The translations under genes and the position numbers were made by a program. From positions 67,873-99,872 of the forward strand of contig NZ_BAFT02000104.1 in the NCBI RefSeq assembly GCF_000308475.2: DNA of 32,000 nucleotides, in the 5' to 3' direction. The stretch is from Nocardia brasiliensis NBRC 14402. GTDB taxonomy: Bacteria > Actinomycetota > Actinomycetes > Mycobacteriales > Mycobacteriaceae. Positions 7,864 through 17,014 of this stretch are shown in pieces (the first letter of the stretch is position 1; the number at the start of each line of letters is the position of its first letter). The notes under the pieces are model-generated. The model was not told where the DNA came from. It searched no databases and saw only the letters and a program-made list of their open reading frames with translations.

Positions 7864-8040
7864 GGTGATCTGGTCCGCCGACGAGCGATGATCGCAGCGG
7901 CCCGAGTGACCCGAACATTCCGCGCTGCATGTCCGATAGCCAGTGTGACCTATGGGACTGGACAGTCGCAAGGGTGCACGAGGTCGCAGCAGGCGCTACA
8001 ACTTACCGCTGACACCGGAATTGGGGGCAGAGCGTCGAGC

Positions 8041-8069
8041 GTAACAAACTGTACGATTCTGCCTAATAT
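8041..8069 (+). promoter_or_regulatory. candidate sigma70-like promoter for the EamA transporter gene
   Basis: GTAACA (8041-8046), a 17-nt spacer, then TAATAT (8064-8069), in a locally A/T-richer stretch. Sequence match only. Confidence 0.25.
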
Positions 8070-8126
8070 GCTGTACGGCAGCTGAAGGTGGCAAACCTTT
8101 GGCGATCGAGGGGACGGTGTACCACG

Positions 8127-9110
8127 ATGCGGGGTGGGGACGCGTCACAACCAGGGTCGATGGTGGCTCTGACGGATCTTTCCATCTTGCTGGTGGCGAT
8201 CACCTGGGGTTCCAGCTACGTCGTCATGCAGACGGTCGGCAGCGCGGTGTCCGCGGCCGGTTTTCTCGCGCTGCGTTTCGCGGCGGCAATACCGGTCATC
8301 GCGCTGCTCGCATTGCGCACGCTGCCCCAGCTCACCTCGTCCGAGGTGCGCAACGGCATCGCTTTCGGGTTCATGCTGTACGGCATCCTGATCTTGGAAA
8401 CAATTGGGGTACTGCATACGTCGGCCGCCAACTCCGGATTTCTGATCACCGTTTCCGTGGTGCTCGTGCCGGTCCTCGAACGCGTACTCAGTCGTCGGGC
8501 ACAGCCGCTACCGGTCTATCTCGCTACGGTCACCGCGCTCGTCGGCTGCGGTCTGCTGCTGTTGTCGAGGGGCGGATTCCATCCGCAGAGCGGAGACTTG
8601 ATCATCCTGGCCGCGGCGATGATCAGGGCCACCCAGATCACCCTGTTCGGCCGCAGTTCCGAAGGGCAGAACCAGTCGCTGGTGAATATCACCCTGATCG
8701 AGTTCGTCGTGGTGCTGCTGCTGGCGACGGCGACCTCGGTGCTGACAGGTGCGCCGATGTGGCGACTGGCCGGCGCGGTGAGTGGATCGAACTGGCTGCT
8801 GATCGCCTATCTCGGCGTGATCGGCACGTCGTTCGCGTTCTTCGCTCAGCTACGTGGCGCACGCCGGACGAGCTCGACCCGGGTCGGCTTGATTCTCTGT
8901 ACGGAGCCGGTCTTTTCGACCCTTTTCGCGGTGCTGGTGGCCGGTGAGCAGCTCACCGTAGTGCAGATGTTAGGCGGCGCGCTGGTGGTCGGGTCCGCGA
9001 TCGTCGGCCGCAGTCTCGAAGGGGCACGGAAAGTGCCGGCCCGTGTCGTCGCCGAACCGAGTCGTCATCCGTTGCGGACCGGACCCGACACCACCGGATC
9101 CGGACCGTAA
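8127..9110 (+). CDS. EamA/DMT-family transporter (candidate 4-fluorothreonine exporter, FthC-like)
   Basis: About 10 hydrophobic segments in two EamA-type halves (LLVAITWGSSYVVM..., ...IAYLGVIGTSFAFFAQ...). The start is uncertain: ATG 8127, ATG 8160 or GTG 8088. The exporter role is inferred from context. Confidence 0.8.
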   Translation: MRGGDASQPGSMVALTDLSILLVAITWGSSYVVMQTVGSAVSAAGFLALRFAAAIPVIALLALRTLPQLTSSEVRNGIAFGFMLYGILILETIGVLHTSAANSGFLITVSVVLVPVLERVLSRRAQPLPVYLATVTALVGCGLLLLSRGGFHPQSGDLIILAAAMIRATQITLFGRSSEGQNQSLVNITLIEFVVVLLLATATSVLTGAPMWRLAGAVSGSNWLLIAYLGVIGTSFAFFAQLRGARRTSSTRVGLILCTEPVFSTLFAVLVAGEQLTVVQMLGGALVVGSAIVGRSLEGARKVPARVVAEPSRHPLRTGPDTTGSGP

Positions 9111-9128
9111 TCGCCGAGCCCGGTGCGT

Positions 9129-9154
9129 TAGATTGGGCCTAGCGGCACAATCTA
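9129..9154. promoter_or_regulatory. inverted repeat TAGATTG-N12-CAATCTA upstream of the XRE-cupin regulator (candidate operator or -10 region)
   Basis: Arms at 9129-9135 and 9148-9154 are exact reverse complements. The repeat lies in the 58-nt gap before ATG 9169. TAGATT also fits the -10 pattern TAnnnT. CTAGCG is repeated at 9139 and 9152. Confidence 0.3.
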
Positions 9155-9168
9155 GCGAACGGTGGTCG

Positions 9169-9744
9169 ATGTCCGATCTAGCAGACAGCACGAAGCTGGA
9201 CAGTGCCGCCGCGGCCATCGGCGCACAGATCCGCAGGATGCGGGAGGCTCGGGGCATGTCGGCGGCGGAGCTCGCCCGGCAGGCCGGGATCAGCAAGGCC
9301 ACCTTGTCCACGTTGGAATCGGGGGCGGGTAATCCGCGTATCGACACGTTGTCTGCGATCGCCGTGGCGCTGCGGCTGCCGCTCGGCGACCTCATCGTCG
9401 CGACGGCACCGACCAGGGCCACGCTCCGGCCGGGCACGTCCGAGCCGGACTACAGCAAACAGGAACTCCTGCAGCGCGTCGGCGCCGGCGTGTACGTCGA
9501 GGTGTGGCGGATCCGAATCCGCAAGGCGGGCAACCGGATCGACAGCCCGGCGCACACGGTCGGCACGGTGGAGCATCTGCACGTGGCCAAGGGCGGCTTG
9601 CGGGTCGGCGCCATCGACACGCCCTGTGACGCCAGCGCAGGCGATTTCGTGGTGTTCGGTGCCGACGTGCCGCACTTCTACGAGGCGAGGACCGACAACG
9701 TCGAGGCCGTGCTGGTCATGACCTATCCGGTCTCCGGCTGGTAG
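9169..9744 (+). CDS. XRE-family HTH transcriptional regulator with C-terminal cupin domain
   Basis: HTH: IGAQIRRMREARGMSAAELARQAGISKATLSTLESGAGNPRIDTLSAIAVAL. The C-terminal beta-rich part (HTVGTVEHLHVAKGGLRV...GDFVVFGADVPHFYE) is typical of cupin_2. Confidence 0.85.
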   Translation: MSDLADSTKLDSAAAAIGAQIRRMREARGMSAAELARQAGISKATLSTLESGAGNPRIDTLSAIAVALRLPLGDLIVATAPTRATLRPGTSEPDYSKQELLQRVGAGVYVEVWRIRIRKAGNRIDSPAHTVGTVEHLHVAKGGLRVGAIDTPCDASAGDFVVFGADVPHFYEARTDNVEAVLVMTYPVSGW

Positions 9745-9750
9745 GGCGGC

Positions 9751-11598
9751 TCAGATCCGCCGGCTCGCCACCTTGGCCATCAGGGCGGTGCATTCCTCGA
9801 GCGTATCGCTCCAGAACACCAGTCCGTGGCGCCGGATGTAGATGATGTGGCTGCGTGGCGCCGCCTTCGCGACCGCCTCCGCGAGCTGCACACTGCCGTA
9901 CTCCTTGGGCGGGATGACGAGCACATCCAGGTCGGCGATCTCGTCACCCGGGATGTAGTGGTTGTGCACGATATAGCGGGCGTCGACCGATGTTCGCACC
10001 AGATAGTGCATGTAGCTCTCCGCCGACGGCGGCCCGGCGCCCTCGCAGCGCAGCGTCCAGTCCGAGAAGCCGAGCAGTTCGACGAAATCGTGCGGCGCCA
10101 GATCTTTGAGGTAAGAACCGCTCGCCGAAACGAAGGTGTGACCGTTTGTCCGGACGCTGATGTTGCCTGCCGAATCGGTCTGGTGCTCGAACACCGCGGC
10201 GGCCTCGCCGAGCGTGCGGACGGCCTCGACCGTCTCTGGGGCGCAACGATTGTCGGCTTTCGTCAGGCTGATATTGACCCAGCGCGGCCGAGCCGGGGTC
10301 GTAGGTGACGACTTGCCGCGAGGGGCGCGGCGCGGACCGGCGCTCTTACCGCAGTATCGGATGTTCTGCCTGCCGACAACGAATGTCGCGACATCACGCG
10401 CGACCGATTCCGGGTTCGCGTCCCGGAGCAGCAGGCGTTCGATCCAGCCGGCGATCCGTTCGAGATCGGCGCCGCTGTATCCCCGCCGTGTGATCTCCTG
10501 GACGCCGAGCCGCAGCGTATCGATGTGTTCGAACGCGATCGAGCGATTCACCGAGATGTTCGCGTCGAGCAGCTTCTTGGCCAACATCGGGCCGGCGCCG
10601 AGCGGCCGGGTGTCGATGAAAAACATGTGGTTCTGCGTGAATCCGCGATCCGCGGCGAGCACGGGGATCCCGCGCTCGTTGAGCAAACCCGCCAGATGTC
10701 TGGCGTTTTCGATCACTCGCGCCGCGTATTCGCGCCCGTCCTCGTACATCTCGTGCAGGGCGATGAACAGCGCGAGCGTCGAGGCGGTGTGCTGACTGCT
10801 CACCATGCCGTTCGACAGGGTATAGGTGATCCGTTCCATCAGGCTGCGGCTCTTGCCGAGGATGAGCCCCTTCTGCGGGCCGAAGAAGGTCTTGTGCGTG
10901 TTGGCCTGCAGAATGTCGGCGCCTTCGGCCAGCGGATCCTGGAACTGCCCGCCCGCGATCAACCCGAGGGTGTGCGAGGCGTCGAAGATCAGCGGGACGT
11001 CGCCGCAGATCTGCTTCAGTTCCCGGAGCGGGAACGGGAAGAGATAATTCATGGCGTCGATGTACAGCAGCGACGGCCGTTCGCGCTCGAATATTTCCCG
11101 GGTCCGCTCGAGGTCGATGGTGCACAGGTCGCGGAACGCATAGGTGGTACTCCGCCTGCCGAAGGACCGGCACATGAGCTCGGTCAGGAAGTGTCCGCCG
11201 TCTTTCGTGGAAATGCGCATGATCTTGTCGCCGGGCTGGGACAGTGCGGCGAAGGTTGTCTGCATCGCGTGCAAGCCGGACAGACAACGGAATTCGGTGT
11301 ATTCGGCGCCGAAGAGTTCGCGGCACACCTGGGTCGCGGATTGCTCGATGGCATTCACCCGGTTGAGCCCGCGATAGAGGAAGTTGTTGAGGCGCGACGG
11401 AGAGTCGAGCCGCATATCGAGATGCTCGAGCAGATAACGGTTCGCCAATTTGGTGGACAGCACGTTCTGGGCGAACGGGGACAGCACCGTTTCGTTCGCG
11501 GTCAGATGCAGCACCTGCTCGTTGTCCACCTCCTCGCGGGTCACCAGGTCCCGAATTGCGGTAAGCGACAAGGGCGTATCGTTACTGAGCTCGGTCAT
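9751..11598 (-). CDS. SHMT-like PLP domain fused to class II aldolase/AraD-like domain: 4-fluorothreonine transaldolase type
   Basis: GGAG lies 5-8 nt before ATG 11598. The N-terminal part has SHMT hallmarks (HLTANETVLSP, PLP-lysine context ANTHKTFFGPQKG). The C-terminal ~190 aa has class II aldolase motifs (AGNISVR, SASGSY, PSAESYMH, VHNHY, RRHGLVFW). This fusion architecture is the one described for the S. cattleya fluorothreonine transaldolase. Confidence 0.8.
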   Translation of the reverse strand: MTELSNDTPLSLTAIRDLVTREEVDNEQVLHLTANETVLSPFAQNVLSTKLANRYLLEHLDMRLDSPSRLNNFLYRGLNRVNAIEQSATQVCRELFGAEYTEFRCLSGLHAMQTTFAALSQPGDKIMRISTKDGGHFLTELMCRSFGRRSTTYAFRDLCTIDLERTREIFERERPSLLYIDAMNYLFPFPLRELKQICGDVPLIFDASHTLGLIAGGQFQDPLAEGADILQANTHKTFFGPQKGLILGKSRSLMERITYTLSNGMVSSQHTASTLALFIALHEMYEDGREYAARVIENARHLAGLLNERGIPVLAADRGFTQNHMFFIDTRPLGAGPMLAKKLLDANISVNRSIAFEHIDTLRLGVQEITRRGYSGADLERIAGWIERLLLRDANPESVARDVATFVVGRQNIRYCGKSAGPRRAPRGKSSPTTPARPRWVNISLTKADNRCAPETVEAVRTLGEAAAVFEHQTDSAGNISVRTNGHTFVSASGSYLKDLAPHDFVELLGFSDWTLRCEGAGPPSAESYMHYLVRTSVDARYIVHNHYIPGDEIADLDVLVIPPKEYGSVQLAEAVAKAAPRSHIIYIRRHGLVFWSDTLEECTALMAKVASRRI

Positions 11599-11795
11599 TT
11601 CACTCCGATCGGCGGGAGACCCTGCCCCTGCGTTTCGGCAGTTTCTCAAGATAGACATTAGTAATGCCCACTGCGGCACAACAATACGACGAATGTTCCA
11701 TTTTTGTGTCCTGAAAGGCGTCTGGCACATGGCCGTTCGGCTATGGCCGCGGTCTCGTCGTTGACGGAATGCGGCAGTGGCCGGAGAGTGATCCT

Positions 11796-12797
11796 ATGCG
11801 GACAATCGACTGGGTCGACGGAAAAGTAGTCATTCTCGATCAAACGTTGCTACCACACCGGGAAGTCGTCGTTACGGTGACCACCGCCGCCCAGCTCGCG
11901 GGCGAGATCGCCCGGCTCGCGGTGCGCGGCGCGATGGCGCTCGGTGTGGCGGGTGCGTTCGGTATGGCGCTCGCCGCGCTGCGGGCAGCCGAACGCGGCG
12001 AATCGATCGAACTCGCGCTCGATGCGGCCGCCGCGACCATGACCGAGGCACGCCCCACGGCGGTCAATCTCGCGTGGGGCGTGCAACAGGTGCGCACGGT
12101 CGCCGACGGTGGTCTCGACGCGGTCGTCGCCGCGGCCTTGGCGGTGCGAGACGCCGACATCGCCGCCAATCGAACGATCGGCGCGCGCGGCGCCGACCTG
12201 CTCGCGGGCGCCCGGCGCATTCTGACGCACTGCAACGCGGGTGCGCTGGCCGGTGTCGAATGCGGTACCGCGCTGTCGGTCATCGGCGCGCTGGACGCGG
12301 CGAACCAGCTGGAGCTGGTGTACGCCTGTGAAACTCGGCCGCTGTTGCAGGGCAGCCGGCTCACCGCGTGGGAGCTCGGCCGGGCCGGGATCGCGCACAC
12401 CGTCATCGTGGACGGCGCGGCCGCGGGGATGATCGTGCACGGCCGGGTCGACGCGGTGGTCGTCGGTGCGGATCGGATCGCGGCCAACGGCGACGTGGTC
12501 AACAAGGTCGGCACGCTGAGCCACGCATTGGCCGCGCAGCGCGCGGGGATCCCGTTCGTCGTCGCCGCGCCGGAAGCGACCCTCGATCCGACCTGCCCGG
12601 CCGGAGCCCAGGTGCCGATCGAGGAGCGGGCAGCGACGGAGGTGCTCGAATTGGGCGGTGTGCGAATCGCTCCCGTGACGAGCACCGCCTGCAATCCAGC
12701 GTTCGATGTGACACCCGCTGATCTCGTCACCGCGATCGTCACCGAGGATCGGGTGATCAGACCGTCGGGTCAGTCGATCGGCAAGGTCAGCGTGTGA
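11796..12797 (+). CDS. mtnA: MtnA/eIF-2B-family ribose-1-phosphate isomerase (candidate 5-fluoro-5-deoxyribose-1-phosphate isomerase)
   Basis: GGAGAG lies 8 nt before ATG 11796. Starts MRTIDWVDGKVVILDQTLLPH. Also has THCNAGALA, ETRPLLQGSRLTAWEL and VVGADRIAANGDVVNKVGT, all typical of methylthioribose-1-phosphate isomerase. Confidence 0.85.
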   Translation: MRTIDWVDGKVVILDQTLLPHREVVVTVTTAAQLAGEIARLAVRGAMALGVAGAFGMALAALRAAERGESIELALDAAAATMTEARPTAVNLAWGVQQVRTVADGGLDAVVAAALAVRDADIAANRTIGARGADLLAGARRILTHCNAGALAGVECGTALSVIGALDAANQLELVYACETRPLLQGSRLTAWELGRAGIAHTVIVDGAAAGMIVHGRVDAVVVGADRIAANGDVVNKVGTLSHALAAQRAGIPFVVAAPEATLDPTCPAGAQVPIEERAATEVLELGGVRIAPVTSTACNPAFDVTPADLVTAIVTEDRVIRPSGQSIGKVSV

Positions 12798-13354
12798 TAG
12801 CCCCGGTAGCGCCCGAGCCGGGCGGGCCCGCCGAGCTCGGTGAGCGTGGCGACCACCGCGTACCCCGCCACCGTACCGTGCGCGAGTTCCACCAATTCCG
12901 CTGCGGCGGAGAGCGTTCCGCCGGTGGCCAGCACATCGTCGACGAGCAGGACGCGTGCGGACGGGGGCAGGACATCGCATTGCAACTCGAGTGACGCCCG
13001 GCCGTACTCGAGGTCGTAGCCGACGCTGTACACCCGCCCCGGCAGCTTCCCCGATTTGCGGGCGAGCACCAGCGGGCTGCCCGATTCCTGGGCCACCGCG
13101 GTGCCGAAGACGAAGCCGCGCGCTTCCACCGCCAAGACGATGTCGAAAGCGCCGGCGAAATGGCGGATCGCCGCCTTGGCAATCCGGGTGGTCATAGTGG
13201 GGGTCGCGATGACCGGACAGAGGTCTTGGAAAAGCACACCGGGCGAAGGGAAATCGGGATACGCCCGGATGAGCTCGGCGACGTCGGCGGCGAGCCGGTC
13301 GTCGATGCGGTCCGGGGCGGTCGGGGCGGTCGAGTAGTCGACGGTATCGGACAT
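12770..13354 (-). CDS. apt: adenine phosphoribosyltransferase
   Basis: Motifs: YPDFPSPGVLFQDL, VEARGFVFG, and the PRPP-binding motif VLLVDDVLATGGT. ATG 13354 lies 35 nt downstream of the flB stop on the same strand. The 3' end overlaps the isomerase gene by 28 nt (convergent). Confidence 0.9.
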   Translation of the reverse strand: MSDTVDYSTAPTAPDRIDDRLAADVAELIRAYPDFPSPGVLFQDLCPVIATPTMTTRIAKAAIRHFAGAFDIVLAVEARGFVFGTAVAQESGSPLVLARKSGKLPGRVYSVGYDLEYGRASLELQCDVLPPSARVLLVDDVLATGGTLSAAAELVELAHGTVAGYAVVATLTELGGPARLGRYRGYHTLTLPID

Positions 13355-13389
13355 GGCGAATCCTGTGGTCTCGAGAGTCGGGAAAGGGA

Positions 13390-14268
13390 TCAACGCAGCT
13401 GGTTTCCGGCGATGAGCGCGAGCCGGTCCGCGGTGTCGCCGGGTACGCCCGCGGGGTCCGACATGACGGCGTGCCGCATCGCGTCGGCGCACTCGCAGTC
13501 GCGCGCCGTGCCGTCCGAGGACGCGGCGAACTTGCGGATGATGTCCTTGGCCGTCGCGATGTTGGCCCGCATCACCGACGCGACCATGTCTGCGGTGACG
13601 GATGGCCCTCCGGTGCGCCAGCAGTCGTAGTCGGTCACCAATGCCAGTGTGGCGAAACAGATTCCGGCCTCCCGCGCGAGTTTGACCTCGGTGGCCGCGG
13701 TCATGCCGATGATGTCGGCGCCCCAGGCTCGGTAGAGCTCCGATTCGGCTCTGGTGGAGAACTGCGGCCCCTCGATGCAGACGTAGGTGCCCGCGCGATG
13801 CACGGTCGCACCAGCCGACGCGGCGACGTCGGTCAGCCCGGCGCGCAGCACCGGGCAGAAGGGGTCGCCCAGCGGTACGTGCGCGACCAGGCCGGCCCCG
13901 AAGAAGGTGGACCGGCGGTGCCGGGTCAGGTCGACGAGCTGGTCGGGCACCACCAGATGGCTCGGCTCGATCTCGTTGCGGAGACTGCCGACGGCGCTGA
14001 TGCTGAGGATGCGCTGGACCCCGAGTTGCTTGAGCGCGTGGATGTTCGCCGCGGCGGGCACTTCGGTCGGCAGGTAGCGGTGGCCGCGGCCGTGCCGGGC
14101 GAGGAAGGCGATGGGGCGCCCGTCGAGTACGCCGACGCCGACCTGGTCGCTCGGGTCGCCGTAGGGCGTGGTGAGGGCGACTTCGCGGCGGTCGGCGAGC
14201 GTTTCCAGGTCGTACAGCCCGCTGCCGCCGATGATGCCGAGTTCGATTTCTGCCGTAGGTGCAACCAT
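13390..14268 (-). CDS. flB: MTAP/PNP-family nucleoside phosphorylase (5'-fluoro-5'-deoxyadenosine phosphorylase type)
   Basis: Motifs: LGIIGGSGLYDL, FLARHGRGHRY, NI.ALK.LGV, GPQFSTRAES..YR.WGADIIGMT, all typical of 5'-methylthioadenosine phosphorylase. The FlB-specific role is inferred from position next to the fluorinase. Confidence 0.85.
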   Translation of the reverse strand: MVAPTAEIELGIIGGSGLYDLETLADRREVALTTPYGDPSDQVGVGVLDGRPIAFLARHGRGHRYLPTEVPAAANIHALKQLGVQRILSISAVGSLRNEIEPSHLVVPDQLVDLTRHRRSTFFGAGLVAHVPLGDPFCPVLRAGLTDVAASAGATVHRAGTYVCIEGPQFSTRAESELYRAWGADIIGMTAATEVKLAREAGICFATLALVTDYDCWRTGGPSVTADMVASVMRANIATAKDIIRKFAASSDGTARDCECADAMRHAVMSDPAGVPGDTADRLALIAGNQLR

Positions 14269-14287
14269 GGTATCCGTCCCGGAGTTT

Positions 14288-14300
14288 GCCGAATTTCGGC
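14288..14300. promoter_or_regulatory. 6-1-6 palindrome GCCGAA-T-TTCGGC in the flB/SAH-hydrolase divergent intergenic region
   Basis: Read directly. It lies 20 nt upstream of the flB start codon (minus strand), so it could be an operator or a 5'-UTR hairpin. Confidence 0.25.
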
Positions 14301-14498
14301 GCGACTGAACTGTCTGCCGACGATCTTCAGGATATCGGCGGTCCGATCCGTGCCGCGATGTGCCGATCGGCGCAAATTGCTACACATTACGGCGTGTCAC
14401 CAATTGCTTGCCGTCGTATCTTCTGCTTACCCCGCTGATCTGCGTTGTATTGGACGGTACGTCGCCCTATCGTCAGTACGGACAGTGGTCGAGCATTT

Positions 14499-15953
14499 AT
14501 GGAGTTGACCGTGACAACTGAATTCTATTATCGGGTCGCCGATCTATCACTTGCCCATTTCGGGCGCCAGGAAATCGAACTCGCCGAGCACGAGATGCCG
14601 GGCCTCATGGCGCTGCGCGAACAGTATGCGACCAGCAAACCGCTGACCGGTGCCCGTATTTCCGGTTCGTTGCACATGACCGTGCAGACCGCCGTGCTGA
14701 TCGAAACGCTGACGGCGCTCGGCGCCCAGGTGCGCTGGGCGAGTTGCAATATTCTCTCGACGCAGGATCACGCGGCCGCCGCCGCGGTCGTCGGGCCGTC
14801 CGGCACGGTCGAGGACCCGCGGGGTGTTCCCGTGTTCGCCTGGAAAGGCGAAACACTCGACGAGTACTGGTGGGCCACCGGGCAGATGCTCGACTGGCCC
14901 GACGGCGCGGGGCCGAACATGCTGCTCGACGACGGCGGTGACGCCACGATGCTGGTGCATCGGGCGGTCGAGGCCGAAAAGCTCGGCGCCGTAGCGGATC
15001 CCGGTGCCGAGCAATCGGCCGACGACGAGGTGATCGACGCGCTGCTACGGGCCTCGCTGGCCGCCCACCCGCGCAAGTGGACCGACCTCGCCGCAGGCAT
15101 CCGTGGTGTCACCGAGGAGACCACCACCGGTGTCCACCGGCTCTATCAGATGGCGAACAGCGGTGCGTTGCTGTTCCCGGCGGTCAACGTCAACGATTCC
15201 GTCACCAAGTCGAAGTTCGACAACCGGTACGGCATCCGGCACTCGCTGATCGACGGCATCAATCGCGGCACGGACGTGCTGATCGGCGGAAAGGTCGCGG
15301 TCGTCTGCGGTTACGGGGACGTGGGCAAGGGATGTGCGGAGGCGCTGCACGGACAGGGGGCCCGCGTCGTGGTGGTGGAGATCGACCCGATCTGCGCCCT
15401 GCAGGCCGTGATGGACGGCTTCCAGGTGGCCACGCTCGACGACGTGGTCGGCTTCGCGGACATCTTCGTCACCGCCACCGGGAACGTGGACGTCATCACC
15501 GCCGATCATCTCGCGGCCATGAAGCATCAGGCGATCGTGGGCAATATCGGCCACTTCGACAATGAGATAGACATGGCGGGCCTGGCTCGGATCGCGGACG
15601 TCCGCAAGGAGAACATCAAGCCGCAGGTCGACAAGTGGGTCTTCCCGGACGGCCATGCCGTGCTCGTCCTCTCGGAGGGCAGGCTGCTCAATCTCGGCAA
15701 CGCCACCGGCCATCCGTCGTTCGTCATGAGCAACAGTTTCGCGAATCAGGTGCTCGCCCAAATCGAACTGTTCACCAAGTCGGCGCAATACCCGGTAGGT
15801 GTGTACACGCTGCCGAAGCGACTGGACGAAATGGTCGCGCGTTTGCATCTGCCCGCTCTCGGTGCCCGGCTCTCGACCTTGACGCCGCGGCAGTCGGACT
15901 ATCTCGATATTCCGATCGAAGGTCCGTACAAGCCGGAGCAGTACCGCTACTGA
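14499..15953 (+). CDS. ahcY: S-adenosyl-L-homocysteine hydrolase (FlI-type)
   Basis: Motifs: [63 protein letters not shown], the NAD motif [10 protein letters not shown], and GHFDNEID. Classical SAHH along its full length. Confidence 0.95.
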   Translation: MELTVTTEFYYRVADLSLAHFGRQEIELAEHEMPGLMALREQYATSKPLTGARISGSLHMTVQTAVLIETLTALGAQVRWASCNILSTQDHAAAAAVVGPSGTVEDPRGVPVFAWKGETLDEYWWATGQMLDWPDGAGPNMLLDDGGDATMLVHRAVEAEKLGAVADPGAEQSADDEVIDALLRASLAAHPRKWTDLAAGIRGVTEETTTGVHRLYQMANSGALLFPAVNVNDSVTKSKFDNRYGIRHSLIDGINRGTDVLIGGKVAVVCGYGDVGKGCAEALHGQGARVVVVEIDPICALQAVMDGFQVATLDDVVGFADIFVTATGNVDVITADHLAAMKHQAIVGNIGHFDNEIDMAGLARIADVRKENIKPQVDKWVFPDGHAVLVLSEGRLLNLGNATGHPSFVMSNSFANQVLAQIELFTKSAQYPVGVYTLPKRLDEMVARLHLPALGARLSTLTPRQSDYLDIPIEGPYKPEQYRY

Positions 15954-16023
15954 CGCCCGCCCGGGCGGCTACCGGGCATCGAGATTTCCGCCCGTGGAGG
16001 TGGCGGAATTCACCGCACAGTAA

Positions 16024-16944
<921 letters not shown>

Positions 16945-17014
16945 TCCAGCACTGTCGGCGGCCGGTCGGGCCAGTTCGGGCCGGCCGTCGGCATCGGCCT
17001 GCAAGGAGGGTCAA

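Noticed and set aside
7612-7930. ORFs 7612-7824 (+) and 7679-7930 (-) in the regulator/exporter gap
   Set aside because: They have no motifs and implausible composition. Only the third frame (7657-7863, minus) shows a recognisable P-loop fragment, and I call that only as a low-confidence pseudogene.
10525-11661. 378-aa plus-strand ORF, plus 10394-11326 minus-strand alternative frame
   Set aside because: Both overlap the SHMT-like transaldolase gene, whose frame carries unmistakable SHMT and aldolase motifs. These are shadow or off-frame ORFs.
13471-14508. 345-aa plus-strand ORF
   Set aside because: It is antisense to the MTAP-type phosphorylase gene (flB-like), with shadow-ORF composition.
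15957-16008. Possible terminator or attenuator between the SAH hydrolase gene and flA (12-nt palindrome CCGCCCGGGCGG at 15957-15968; 7-bp stem TTCCGCC/GGCGGAA at 15986-16008)
   Set aside because: The stems are short, there is no U-tract, and the genes are likely co-transcribed. This is not enough to call a feature.
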